This document shows, in pieces, positions 1 through 9,941 of a DNA stretch of 64,000 nt. The notes below the pieces were generated by a model. It had not been told where the DNA came from, did no database searches, and saw only the letters and a program-made list of their open reading frames with translations. The DNA lies in contig JAUUZV010000001.1 of the NCBI GenBank assembly GCA_030592085.1, positions 807-64,806 on the forward strand, read 5' to 3'. Position 1 is the first letter of the stretch, and each line of letters starts with the position of its first letter. The DNA is from Clostridia bacterium (GTDB taxonomy: Bacteria > Bacillota > Clostridia > DUPQ01). The position numbers and the translations under genes were made by a program.

Positions 1-994
1 AAACACCAGTTGGTACCTCTTTTTCAATTTCATATTCTACTACTACTGTACTATTTCCAACTACCCTCGTATAAGTTCCATGTTTGGTATTAGAATATAT
101 CCCACCAGTAACACTATTAATTAAAAAATGTCTTGCATCAATAACTAAATTTCCATTATAATTATTAGTCATTGTAGCATCAAAATAAACTTTATCACCA
201 AAACCAGCATAAATAACTGGATTAGTATAAGTTGAACCGTTAACATAAGTTATTGGAAATGGAGCATTTAACATAGTAGCCCAACGATTTGTAGTAAATC
301 CTTTTACAGCATCTCCTACAGAATCTTCAATAGATAAACCATCTTCATCAACACATTCTTGTTGAGACCCAGCAGTTCCACACCAACACCCAATTTCGGC
401 AGTATAATCTATTCCTTCAGCAAAAGAAGTATATTCTAATATAAAAGAAGAATCAATATCACCATTGATTATCTCTAAATTATCTAAAACAATTACATCT
501 TGTAAACCCGTATTATCTTCTATATCAATTCTACATCTTCCACCAGAAATTAATTTATCATTTTCATCTTTTACAGTTGCATCTAAAGAAGAAGTTAATC
601 CTAAATATAATCCACTTACTGATACTTCTGAAATAACTAAAGAGCTTGCACTTGCTCCAGTTACATTAGCATTATCAAAACCTTCAAGATTAGAACCAGT
701 TAAAGTTGCATTAATTATACCCGTATAATCACTAGGAATAACATAACTCTCATAAAAATGAACATTAGTGTTTGGTGTTGTTCCAGTATCAGTTTGAACT
801 ACATCTCCAGACGAATTGAGCCAAGTTAAAGTATATGATTTTGCTTTTTCTGTAGCTTCATCACAAACATTATCAGCAGATATTTCTTCTGTTGGTGAAT
901 AATCAAACTTATCAAAAGTAACAACACAAACAGCACTAGTAAAACTACTTACTAATATTAATATTACAATTAAAAATATTTTTTTAATTACCAA
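1..994 (-). CDS. partial secreted protein; its 3' end lies beyond the window start
   Basis: Minus-strand frame is continuous across 1..994 and antisense to track ORF 465..728. Putative TTG start at 992-994 is preceded by GAGGT. The N-terminus (MVIKKIFLIVILILVSSFTSA) looks like a signal peptide and the downstream translation is coherent. Confidence 0.4.
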   Translation of the reverse strand, partial: MVIKKIFLIVILILVSSFTSAVCVVTFDKFDYSPTEEISADNVCDEATEKAKSYTLTWLNSSGDVVQTDTGTTPNTNVHFYESYVIPSDYTGIINATLTGSNLEGFDNANVTGASASSLVISEVSVSGLYLGLTSSLDATVKDENDKLISGGRCRIDIEDNTGLQDVIVLDNLEIINGDIDSSFILEYTSFAEGIDYTAEIGCWCGTAGSQQECVDEDGLSIEDSVGDAVKGFTTNRWATMLNAPFPITYVNGSTYTNPVIYAGFGDKVYFDATMTNNYNGNLVIDARHFLINSVTGGIYSNTKHGTYTRVVGNSTVVVEYEIEKEVPTGV

Positions 995-1494
995 TCTCGA
1001 ACCTCTGGCTCTATTACTCCAAGAAGATAATATAAATATTTACCACAATATAATCCTATAACAGCTTGCCCTTTTTTCATATCACCAGAATATGTTTTAA
1101 TATCAGTTTCACTTAACCGACAAACACCATTATTATGATTATGAATTGTACCTATAACCTTTCGTGTACCAATATATGATGGACATGATACATATCTAGC
1201 ACTAGTAGCATTTGACCGTATAATTTCAGTTTCTTGAAATTCATCTATAATTATACCATCAGCTGTTATAATTCCACCTAAACATACTGGAATTTCAACT
1301 TCAGCAGTAAGATATATAGCATCTAATCCATCTTTAACATTCTTATCCATTATTACTTTACTTTCTGTATAAACATTAGATAAAGTATAAAAATTTGTAG
1401 AGAAAAAATAAATACCTAAAGCTACTGCTAATATTAATAATACAAACATTAATTTCAATCCAAACTTTAGTTCTTTTATTCTACTCATTCCCAT
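988..1494 (-). CDS. JAB/MPN (JAMM) metalloprotease-like protein with N-terminal TM anchor
   Basis: N-terminal hydrophobic helix. An upstream Glu (EVEIP) is followed by HNHNNGVCRLSETD, which fits the JAMM motif E..HxHx7SxxD. Confidence 0.5.
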   Translation of the reverse strand: MGMSRIKELKFGLKLMFVLLILAVALGIYFFSTNFYTLSNVYTESKVIMDKNVKDGLDAIYLTAEVEIPVCLGGIITADGIIIDEFQETEIIRSNATSARYVSCPSYIGTRKVIGTIHNHNNGVCRLSETDIKTYSGDMKKGQAVIGLYCGKYLYYLLGVIEPEVRDW

Positions 1495-1495
1495 T

Positions 1496-1831
1496 TTAAT
1501 TTGTAACCTTCTTTAATATTTTTTTACCACTAACACCTAATATCAATAAAACTATAAGAGCTATCACAATTACAGCTCCGTTTTGTGCGTATGAGTTTGA
1601 AACTCCTAATTTCGCAAGAGTGTCTGATGCTCCTTGATATATTAATCTATAAAACGCCCATGAAATTGTACCTAGCAATACTCCAGATATTGCCCAAAAT
1701 AATGTTGTTTTTCTCCAATCTTTTCCCATTATTATCACCCTAAGTTTATAATTCCAGTTATTCTTAATATCAATATTATAAATGCTAATATTGCAAATAT
1801 TAAGCCACCAACGGCTAACCAGTCTCTCCAT
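1496..1831 (-). CDS. small membrane protein, hypothetical
   Basis: ORF with two predicted TM helices, packed head-to-tail with its neighbours. Confidence 0.35.
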   Translation of the reverse strand: MERLVSRWWLNICNISIYNIDIKNNWNYKLRVIIMGKDWRKTTLFWAISGVLLGTISWAFYRLIYQGASDTLAKLGVSNSYAQNGAVIVIALIVLLILGVSGKKILKKVTN

Positions 1832-1917
1832 TTCATTTTATTCTTCGTATATAACACCATGTTCAACACGACAACTTTCTTCTCTACAAATACAACTTTT
1901 ATCCATTTATATACACC

Positions 1918-2307
1918 TCACAATCCAAATTGTTTTTTTAATATTTTTAATAAACTCACTTCACCTATTAACGAATTAAGTAATGCTACTCCAAGTGATC
2001 CTATCAAAAGCATTTTTCTAAAATCTGTAATATCACCTACTAATAGATCATAAGTTGCAGATACAACCACAAATAAAGCTACTCCTATAACAAGACTTTC
2101 GCTAATTTTATTTCCAATACTAAAAATAAATGTTAAACCTATAAGAATATATGTTATTATCATCTGACCTTGATATGAAAAATTTGTCATCATCGGTAGT
2201 ATTACAGCATTAATAATTAACATTAATAAAGTTATAACAGTTACTATAACTTTACCACCATTTTCAATTGGTAGCCCATCTATAAAAAGTCCGTCTGTTT
2301 TACTCAT
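1918..2307 (-). CDS. multi-TM membrane protein, hypothetical
   Basis: Mostly hydrophobic 129-aa ORF with 3-4 TM segments. Confidence 0.35.
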   Translation of the reverse strand: MSKTDGLFIDGLPIENGGKVIVTVITLLMLIINAVILPMMTNFSYQGQMIITYILIGLTFIFSIGNKISESLVIGVALFVVVSATYDLLVGDITDFRKMLLIGSLGVALLNSLIGEVSLLKILKKQFGL

Positions 2308-2491
2308 TTTTTTTCTCCCTCTTCAGTTTTAAAAAAGCATATAGGATAAATATAAGATGCATTAAATTTAAACCAATCATTCCAATTGCATTTCCATATT
2401 TTTCTGCAACCCAAAAGACAACACCTCCATATCCTAATACTACTATCAATAATATTATAAGTGTAATAAACTCACTATCTTTCATTCCCAT
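2300..2491 (-). CDS. small TM protein, hypothetical
   Basis: 63-aa ORF with one or two TM helices and a basic C-terminus. Confidence 0.3.
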   Translation of the reverse strand: MGMKDSEFITLIILLIVVLGYGGVVFWVAEKYGNAIGMIGLNLMHLIFILYAFLKLKREKKNE

Positions 2492-2675
2492 TTTTTAAAA
2501 ACTTCTCAATATTTTTTCATAATTATTGACTGCTCTATCAAGTTTTCTATGTTTTGTTTCTTCAATTTGTTCGCCATTAGCATTTACTGTAACAATATAT
2601 GTTTTATTATATTGATACATATCTACAACAAGATTTCCAGCATCTCCAATATCACGTTTCAAATGTTTTTTCATT

Positions 2676-3044
2676 TTAATCTACCACAAATAACTCCATA
2701 AATATTACTGCAATTGCTATAAAACTTGCAATAGCTTTAAACGTTGAAAAAATTAACCATGTAACATTAAAAAAACTAATTACTCCTGTTAAAAATACAG
2801 CAAATCCTACAATTAATGTTATTAATTTGGGAATATTTTCATCAAAATTATTATTTGTTAATATTTTTAATGCGCCAGCTTCAAACATTAAACCAAGACC
2901 TAAAATAATAAATATTGTATTACTTACTACTACATCAATATTAACTATATTTAAATTATTTAATCCTGTAGCAAGAAATCCTAAAATACTCACTGCTGAA
3001 AGAAAATAAATAAATTTTGGTTTAGTTTTTATCATTTTAATCAA
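2676..3044 (-). CDS. multi-TM membrane protein, hypothetical
   Basis: 122-aa hydrophobic ORF. Confidence 0.35.
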   Translation of the reverse strand: MIKMIKTKPKFIYFLSAVSILGFLATGLNNLNIVNIDVVVSNTIFIILGLGLMFEAGALKILTNNNFDENIPKLITLIVGFAVFLTGVISFFNVTWLIFSTFKAIASFIAIAVIFMELFVVD

Positions 3045-3203
3045 GTATCTCCGTGAATAATGAAATCATTATCACAAATATTGCAGCACCTGCTGCTTCT
3101 TGTCCTAAATCTCTTGCAACTGTAACCCCACTAGATAATCCCCATAAATATGCAACAAGACTTAGTAAAAGAACAGTTAATGATGCAACAAGTGCTTTTG
3201 GGT

Positions 3204-3491
3204 TCATTTTACAGCAACCTCTGATGTTATACCATTACCACTCAAAAATGATGCAACTCTACCAGCAAGTAATGTTTGTTCATCTTTTGTTGGTGATACA
3301 TATTTTCCTGTTTCTTCATTTAATTCTTTTATTGTAATATTCATCTGATTACCAGATATTTTAGCAACACCAATGAATTTTCCCTTTGTTCTTTTTTTCA
3401 TAGATCCAACAATCATATTTCCCAACTGAGCAAGCTTAGTTGAATCATATGTAACTCCTGGCCTTTTTAGATTTTTTACGACGACTACCAT
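3204..3491 (-). CDS. hypothetical basic protein
   Basis: 95-aa ORF, soluble and Lys-rich. Confidence 0.3.
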   Translation of the reverse strand: MVVVVKNLKRPGVTYDSTKLAQLGNMIVGSMKKRTKGKFIGVAKISGNQMNITIKELNEETGKYVSPTKDEQTLLAGRVASFLSGNGITSEVAVK

Positions 3492-3495
3492 TTTT

Positions 3496-3681
3496 TCACC
3501 TTCTTACTATTATTTCATCAGCAAATACACCAACAATAAAAATTATTAACCCTACACCAAAAAAAGTATATACATTAGCAATTTTTAATTTGGTAATTAA
3601 ATCTAGATACTGATTTATGATTATTACTGTAATACCAATAAAAGCTAATATCTTACCTATATTAACCATAATACACTCCAT
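3496..3681 (-). CDS. small TM protein, hypothetical
   Basis: 61-aa ORF with two TM segments. Confidence 0.3.
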   Translation of the reverse strand: MECIMVNIGKILAFIGITVIIINQYLDLITKLKIANVYTFFGVGLIIFIVGVFADEIIVRR

Positions 3682-4033
3682 AAAAGATTAAAGCTGCGCC
3701 TAATATTAAACCGCAAACCATTATCCAAATTTTGTATTTTTTCCAAAATGCCATTTTTCACCTCAATCTATAAACTAAATACCAAATATAAATTAAAATT
3801 GTCATTAAAAACGCTACAATATAATATATATTAGTAAATAATTGTTGACTTAACTGTATTAAATTATTAAAAATTATTATTGATATAGCTAACACACTTA
3901 TTATAAAAACACTTAATTTTTTAGGTTGCATTATATTATACCAGATCCTTTTAATACTAATAATATAATTACTATAGTACCCACAATTAATACGATTTCA
4001 TCCCAATGTTTTTTAATAAATATCATTTTTACC

Positions 4034-4378
4034 TCAATCAAACATGCCTGGTTTACCATCTTTACCAGGTAAATAAATCAGTATTAACAAAAATACTATC
4101 ACAACACCACCAGTAAGTATTACTCCCCAAAGTGGATTAGCAAATAAATCTTCTATGAATGAAAATCCAAAACTAATTACTAAACCAAAAATAAATATAC
4201 CTGTCATTAGTTTATCAACTATTCCAAAATCAAAAATAGAACCTACTCCACCCTTAAACTTCAAATATGATTTATAAAATATAAAATACACTGCACTAAG
4301 CAACACCATTAATAGACCTACTATTGTATAACTATTTATATTTGGTAATATTATACTCCAAAAACTTGGTAATGTCAT
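4034..4378 (-). CDS. multi-TM membrane protein, hypothetical
   Basis: 114-aa hydrophobic ORF. Confidence 0.35.
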   Translation of the reverse strand: MTLPSFWSIILPNINSYTIVGLLMVLLSAVYFIFYKSYLKFKGGVGSIFDFGIVDKLMTGIFIFGLVISFGFSFIEDLFANPLWGVILTGGVVIVFLLILIYLPGKDGKPGMFD

Positions 4379-4440
4379 TTTTATTTTCGCCTCCGTATCT
4401 TTTATTTGTTATTAATTCTAATTTTTTTAAGCTGTTTTAT

Positions 4441-4596
4441 TTAATCTTCCATATCTTTTCTTCCAATTACATACAAAACTATTAACATTAATCCAACAAC
4501 TAAAGATCCTACCCAAGCACCTGATTGATTTGCCACGACTAAATTTACAACAAACCCAGCAGAAAATACAATATCATATATTATTTTTTTTGTCAT
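4441..4596 (-). CDS. small TM protein, hypothetical (start taken at the internal Met MTKKIIY)
   Basis: Taking the internal Met removes the long overlap with ORF 4593..4787. One TM helix. Confidence 0.25.
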   Translation of the reverse strand: MTKKIIYDIVFSAGFVVNLVVANQSGAWVGSLVVGLMLIVLYVIGRKDMED

Positions 4597-4787
4597 TTTT
4601 TCACCAACCGCACAATCCAATAAAATATTAAAGCAATAGGTAAAACTAAAGTTATAACAAACCAAATCCAATCAGCATCTTTTGCTTGTTGAATTAATGT
4701 TACAACCCAAACCAAAGACAATAATATTCCTACAATAACCATCAATCCTAATGCTTGAAACTGATCCATCATTTTAGAAGCCACCAC
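4593..4787 (-). CDS. small two-TM protein, hypothetical
   Basis: 64-aa ORF with two TM helices. Confidence 0.3.
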   Translation of the reverse strand: MVASKMMDQFQALGLMVIVGILLSLVWVVTLIQQAKDADWIWFVITLVLPIALIFYWIVRLVKK

Positions 4788-5985
4788 TTCCTTGTTTTTT
4801 CTTAATTAGTGTTATCATTAATACAACTATTATTAATAATAATATTCCACCAACTATCCATACTAAAAATGATTCATCATCACTACCAGGTAACCCACCA
4901 CCACCAACAGCTATACACGTTTGTGTTTGTGGATTAAAAAATGGTTTTTCGCTTGGACACGTCTCACCAATTTTAACACAATCATTTGTAAATTCTAATT
5001 TACTAAGTTCTTCATTACAAGACATCTTACAACTTTCAGTTGAATCTTTTTGTATATATGAATCACCTATACCTATAAATTTATCGCAAAATTTACCATC
5101 TGGTGTTGATTGCCATGCTGTACCATCATCATTACACAAAGGAGATGCTGGTGAACAAACAATTGTATTATCTTTTACAAAACTAGAAGGTCTTACATCA
5201 ACATATATTTTATTATCTTCTGTAAATGTTGGATGATAACCTCCAGGACCTTCAACATAAACAGCTTGTCCATCTATATTTACAATCATTCTCGGGCTTT
5301 GAACTAAAGTTTGTCCAATAATTATTGGAATAGTTTGACCAACTCTAATTATATTATTACTAGGTAAATCTTTTACAATTTCAGGAAAAGATCCTTGATA
5401 TTTACTATAAAGACCTACATCACATGTTCCTAATATATCTACCTTTCCAGTTCCAGTAAATTGCCATAATCCATATGGTTGTGAATTTGTATGAATTATT
5501 ATATCTCCTTCATCTAAAAGAAAATTAGCTCCTGTATATTGAACTGTTATAGCGTCTTGATTACTTACTGGAATAATTGGTGTAAATCCTTTTTTACTTA
5601 AAGTACCAGTTATTTGGCATGAAGAAAAACTACATTTTCCATATTTTATTTCCAAACTTGGTTCAAAAAAACCATCATCAATTTGTTCAATTTGAAAATT
5701 ACAACCTAATGGATAATGACCTGCTAAATCCCTACTTCCACAATATATATCCTTTCTAGCACCAAAAGCATCAGCATCTTTATATTTTGACAAATCCCAT
5801 ATATCCATAGTCACTTCTGGTAATTTATCACATATAACTGTGGTATATAATGGAATATAATATTGTCCACTAGCTTGATATATCGAAAACGGCAAACTAC
5901 TTCTATTTGTATATAAAATACCAGCGCCCATTACTAATACAATTACTATTAATGCCACAAATATTTGATTTTTAGATTTCACCAT
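4774..5985 (-). CDS. secreted Cys-rich type-I membrane protein (N-terminal signal, C-terminal TM, tail KKKQGSGGF)
   Basis: Hydrophobic N-terminus, many Cys, and a C-terminal TM helix followed by a basic tail ending in GF. Confidence 0.5.
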   Translation of the reverse strand: MVKSKNQIFVALIVIVLVMGAGILYTNRSSLPFSIYQASGQYYIPLYTTVICDKLPEVTMDIWDLSKYKDADAFGARKDIYCGSRDLAGHYPLGCNFQIEQIDDGFFEPSLEIKYGKCSFSSCQITGTLSKKGFTPIIPVSNQDAITVQYTGANFLLDEGDIIIHTNSQPYGLWQFTGTGKVDILGTCDVGLYSKYQGSFPEIVKDLPSNNIIRVGQTIPIIIGQTLVQSPRMIVNIDGQAVYVEGPGGYHPTFTEDNKIYVDVRPSSFVKDNTIVCSPASPLCNDDGTAWQSTPDGKFCDKFIGIGDSYIQKDSTESCKMSCNEELSKLEFTNDCVKIGETCPSEKPFFNPQTQTCIAVGGGGLPGSDDESFLVWIVGGILLLIIVVLMITLIKKKQGSGGF

Positions 5986-6260
5986 TTTTATTCATCTCCT
6001 AAAAAATTTTGTTTAATTAAATATAATATTAAAGACATAAAATATACCATATTTATAATCAATTCAATACTATCAAACCCTTTTGTTAAGCCATATAAAA
6101 CTAATACTATAGTAGCTACAAAAATTACAGCATTAAGAGACACATCTAACATATCCATTTTATATCACATTTAGTACTTTTAAAATAATTAAAATTATAG
6201 CTATTAAACCTAATATAATAGCTAACCATGAAACACTTTTATTTAATACATTCCCCATTT

Positions 6261-7694
6261 TCAGAACCCCTGTGATTTTGGTTTCAATGTATATATTAAT
6301 AATAAAACTAACAAAGCAACAACAAATACAATTGCTATAATTGATTGTGTTTTATAATCATCCCAAAAATCTTTTATTCCTGATGTTGTAAAAACTTTAT
6401 TTATGCTAAACGCACAATTATTTTCATCATTTAATATTTGATATGTTTTACAGCCATTTATAATACCACCTATAGCATTACTATCATCAGTACAAATCCC
6501 ACCAATACAATACTCACCATCTATTTTACAATCTGTACTTAACGTACAAATATCAACAACACTACTACCACACTCACCGGTTATAAGATTACATTCGCCA
6601 GAACATTTATTGGTAACAGTACATTTAGTTTCGGCACATTCATTAAGTGTACATTTATTTCCATCATCACACTCATCATTATTAGAACATACTATATCAG
6701 TTGCACACTCTAAAGTTGAATCTATTGTAAGACCTTGAGGACATTCATTATCCCAAGGTACACTTTCTACAGAAGTTCCTTCACAATAATAACAAGTAAC
6801 TTTTGTTAATTCAATATCATTATTTATATCACCTTTACAAACACCATCAAAACATATATAGCCAGAACCACAACCTACCTTAGTTGAACTTGGTGTATTA
6901 TCACTACAAATAAATTCTATTATATCTTGACTACCATCACACAAATCAGTTTGTTTTCCATTAGCAATAACATTAGAACCTTCTAAAATTTTCCAAGTAA
7001 CAGTGCCCTTTGTCGTTATAGCATGCCCACCATCAGAATCAGAACATTCATATGTTTTATCAATTGACTCTGGATCTACACAAGCACCATCTTTACAAAT
7101 ACCATCATTAGAACATACTGTAGTAGTTGTTCTTGGAGCATTGTCAGAATCACATGATTGTTCTCTTAAATCTTGATAACCATAACACTCATCTTCATCA
7201 GTTCCTTCACCTAAAATTCCTTGTTTATAAGCTACTACTGACCATTTTACACTTCCTTTTTTATCATACACTATACCACCATCAGAATCAAAACATGAAA
7301 ACTTATGAAGTTTACCATCAACACAATTATAACCAGATAATGATGCTAAAACTGCTTTTACTTCAGTACCATCACAATAATATTCTTTCACTTTAAGATA
7401 ATTATCACACTTGTCTATAAATGTTCCTGTATTAGAAATTACAGTACCTTTTATACCATATGTTTTTCCTTCGTCTGTATCTACACAAGTAGGAGCTGCT
7501 GGTGCTATAGCAAATGATAATCTTGATTCGACTTCAACATCTTCTTCAATAAGTTGTGCTTCAAAAATAGAAGCACTCGTACCATATTTATTATATAGGA
7601 AAATTCCTCCTATAGCAATAAATACTATAATGATAACAATTGGTATTATTTTTTTATTTTTTGACATTTTTAATTCATCCTCCAGTTGGTACAA
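6261..7694 (-). CDS. secreted Cys-rich type-I membrane protein with internal repeats (C.DSDGG...KG.V.W, three copies)
   Basis: Signal-anchor N-terminus. Repeats are CVDTDEGKTYGIKGTV, CFDSDGGIVYDKKGSVKW and CSDSDGGHAITTKGTVTW. C-terminal TM and tail KPKSQGF. Confidence 0.5.
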   Translation of the reverse strand: MYQLEDELKMSKNKKIIPIVIIIVFIAIGGIFLYNKYGTSASIFEAQLIEEDVEVESRLSFAIAPAAPTCVDTDEGKTYGIKGTVISNTGTFIDKCDNYLKVKEYYCDGTEVKAVLASLSGYNCVDGKLHKFSCFDSDGGIVYDKKGSVKWSVVAYKQGILGEGTDEDECYGYQDLREQSCDSDNAPRTTTTVCSNDGICKDGACVDPESIDKTYECSDSDGGHAITTKGTVTWKILEGSNVIANGKQTDLCDGSQDIIEFICSDNTPSSTKVGCGSGYICFDGVCKGDINNDIELTKVTCYYCEGTSVESVPWDNECPQGLTIDSTLECATDIVCSNNDECDDGNKCTLNECAETKCTVTNKCSGECNLITGECGSSVVDICTLSTDCKIDGEYCIGGICTDDSNAIGGIINGCKTYQILNDENNCAFSINKVFTTSGIKDFWDDYKTQSIIAIVFVVALLVLLLIYTLKPKSQGF

Positions 7695-8289
7695 TTATTA
7701 TTTTACTTACATTATCGGTTACAATAGGTACAATATCAGCAGTTGTTTGAATTGCCACAGGTGTTAATACTCCAGCCAAAGCATCCCACCATACACCAAA
7801 ATTCCAAAGCCAATTAACAATTCCCTTAAAAGGAATAATATTTGGCTTATTCATCAATAATCCATAAGAAAATTCAGCAAATGCAAAAATTAATAATATA
7901 ATTCCTATTATCATAAGGTCAGTCGTTGGATCAAGTTGACTTCTACCAGCAAACCAGTTTCCTACTTTATACATTAAAAAACCTACAATTATAAATAATG
8001 CAACATAAATTAAAACTTGTTTAGCTAATGCTGATTTATAATCTGATCTTAAATTTTCAGGTAAAGTATTAATAACTTCTCCACTTTTTAATTGTTCCAT
8101 AGCACTATCAATTTGGCCATCACTATATACAACTTGACCAATTGTAGCATCAACAACTGGTTTCCAATCACCTGTATCTTTCCATACAACAATACCATTT
8201 ATTATACCAGCTATCATTCCTATAATTAACATACTATAAAATATTATAGACATGAATTTCAACATTGATGGTCCGGCTATTATTCCCAT
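7675..8289 (-). CDS. multi-TM membrane protein, hypothetical
   Basis: 204-aa ORF with TM helices at both ends. Confidence 0.35.
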   Translation of the reverse strand: MGIIAGPSMLKFMSIIFYSMLIIGMIAGIINGIVVWKDTGDWKPVVDATIGQVVYSDGQIDSAMEQLKSGEVINTLPENLRSDYKSALAKQVLIYVALFIIVGFLMYKVGNWFAGRSQLDPTTDLMIIGIILLIFAFAEFSYGLLMNKPNIIPFKGIVNWLWNFGVWWDALAGVLTPVAIQTTADIVPIVTDNVSKIIIVPTGG

Positions 8290-8292
8290 TTT

Positions 8293-8523
8293 TTATTCCC
8301 TTATTTTTATTTTTACAGCAATAATCTCGTTAAATCTTTGAACAGGATATTTTCGAAACTCAATTCCACTATCTCTTAATAGTTGAGTTTCTTTATCTAT
8401 TTTTTTAGTATTAGTAATTGGTATAACTTGATAAGTTCTCCAATTAGGATAATTTCTAATTTTTTTAAATTCAGTTTTCATTAATTCTTTCATATCTATA
8501 TTTGTCATTTTTATCTCACACAT
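8293..8523 (-). CDS. hypothetical small protein
   Basis: 76-aa ORF between membrane-protein genes. Confidence 0.3.
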   Translation of the reverse strand: MCEIKMTNIDMKELMKTEFKKIRNYPNWRTYQVIPITNTKKIDKETQLLRDSGIEFRKYPVQRFNEIIAVKIKIRE

Positions 8524-8828
8524 GTTTCATATTTACCAACACAATCTTCAATTGGCCTTATACTAAGTCCACATGTTCCATTATGTGCTGGATTTGTTCG
8601 TATTAATTTTGTACATAAATAAGTTAAACAATTATCATCTTGTATTTCTTCACACATTCCATAAAAACTATCTTTTGGTGCTTCAACATGTTCTGTAAAA
8701 ATTTTAGCATTATTTTGTGTTGGGGTTTCTACTGGAAAAAATATTGATATACTAATGATAATAATGAACATAACAATAACTATAAGTATTACTTTTGTAA
8801 ATATATTTGGTTTTGTATTTTGTGACAT
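8511..8828 (-). CDS. signal-anchored Cys-containing small protein, hypothetical
   Basis: N-terminal TM followed by a Cys-rich ectodomain. Confidence 0.3.
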   Translation of the reverse strand: MSQNTKPNIFTKVILIVIVMFIIIISISIFFPVETPTQNNAKIFTEHVEAPKDSFYGMCEEIQDDNCLTYLCTKLIRTNPAHNGTCGLSIRPIEDCVGKYETCVR

Positions 8829-8846
8829 TTTTTATCTCATAATGTA

Positions 8847-8868
8847 AATTAAAAAATAAAAAAAATTG
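8847..8868 (-). terminator. oligo-T tract (TTTTTTTATTTTTTAATTT on the transcribed strand) just 3' of gene 8875..9936
   Basis: A-run on the plus strand, so a T-run on the minus strand, directly after the stop codon. The same element recurs after three other minus-strand genes. Confidence 0.4.
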
Positions 8869-8874
8869 TTAGAT

Positions 8875-9936
8875 TTAACTAACGGATAATACGAGCCTAG
8901 GTAGGTTTATAGTAGCTACAGCGACTTGCGTTGCTGCATCTGTCCAACATCCAACGTTTATTGTATCCTGTGCTTTTACAGAATTATATCTACCTTCTGC
9001 ACAAAATTCAATAATAGGGTCATCGCTTGGATTTACTCCAGCAGCCGATTCCATATAAAAGTCGACGTAAGATTCTCTATCCCCAATAGTTCCAATGTCA
9101 TAAGCATATTCATATCCTGAATATTTTCTTAAATCATCTGAAGCCATACTGGTTTTAACATCTACTAATTTTTGTCCACCATCTCTTGATACGATTGGTT
9201 CATCATATTCCGACCCATCAGCATCCACAAGCATAAATACCTTTAGACCATCTTCACCAAATTGTTTCTTGGTTTCGTTTGTTTTCATATAGATTCTTGT
9301 ATCTATATATCCATCAGTAGCTAAAGTTAGTGCTGAATTACCTGAAGCATCTGCAACTGTTAAACTAGATCCATTTGCATCTATGTAAGCAGTACTTCCA
9401 CCAATCTCAAAGAAAGTTGATCCACCGGAATACTTATCTTCTACCTTAAATTTAGGTGAGTCAATAGCTTTTCCCATAACATCTATCTTTGCGGTTGCTC
9501 CTACTGCACTAAACTCTACACTTTCAGCACTTGTATATGCGTCTACACTTGTTACTGTAATAACTTTCCAACCTGTACCACAAGTTACATCTGCATTACT
9601 TGAAAAATTTCCATTAGTATGTAATGTTCCTAATGTAGTTCGTCTTTCATTTGCATTTGTTGGTACTGCATATGCTGTTGGGTTTCCATATGTTATTGTT
9701 GACGCAAGTCCTTCTTGATATCGAACAACAATACCTGTTAATTCGCTATCTGGGCAACTTGCAACAACACCGCCAACTTGCGCACCAGGTGTTCCTGGTT
9801 GTGGGGCAGTACTAGCTGGAGCGCAAGCACCTAATATGACTGATAATGCTAAAAGCATACCAATCAACATGTTTCTTTTCTTCATTTTGGTTTCCACCTC
9901 ATTATATTTATCTATTAAACTACTATATGTAGTCAA
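8875..9936 (-). CDS. secreted paralog A with lipoprotein-like signal; abundant-structural-protein candidate
   Basis: An internal start MKKRNMLIGMLLALSVILGAC looks like a signal peptide with a lipobox-like Cys. It is about 65% identical to ORF 10916..12013 over its whole length (shared LVGKAIDSPKFKVEDKYSGGSTFF, QFGEDGLKV.MLVDADGSE.DEPIV.RDGGQKLVDV and VGCWTDAA). Confidence 0.55.
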   Translation of the reverse strand: MTTYSSLIDKYNEVETKMKKRNMLIGMLLALSVILGACAPASTAPQPGTPGAQVGGVVASCPDSELTGIVVRYQEGLASTITYGNPTAYAVPTNANERRTTLGTLHTNGNFSSNADVTCGTGWKVITVTSVDAYTSAESVEFSAVGATAKIDVMGKAIDSPKFKVEDKYSGGSTFFEIGGSTAYIDANGSSLTVADASGNSALTLATDGYIDTRIYMKTNETKKQFGEDGLKVFMLVDADGSEYDEPIVSRDGGQKLVDVKTSMASDDLRKYSGYEYAYDIGTIGDRESYVDFYMESAAGVNPSDDPIIEFCAEGRYNSVKAQDTINVGCWTDAATQVAVATINLPRLVLSVS

Positions 9937-9941
9937 TATCT

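Noticed and set aside
465-728. Plus-strand track ORF 465..728
   Set aside because: It lies antisense inside a long, coherent minus-strand reading frame (1..994) that encodes a secreted protein. It is a shadow ORF typical of AT-rich DNA.
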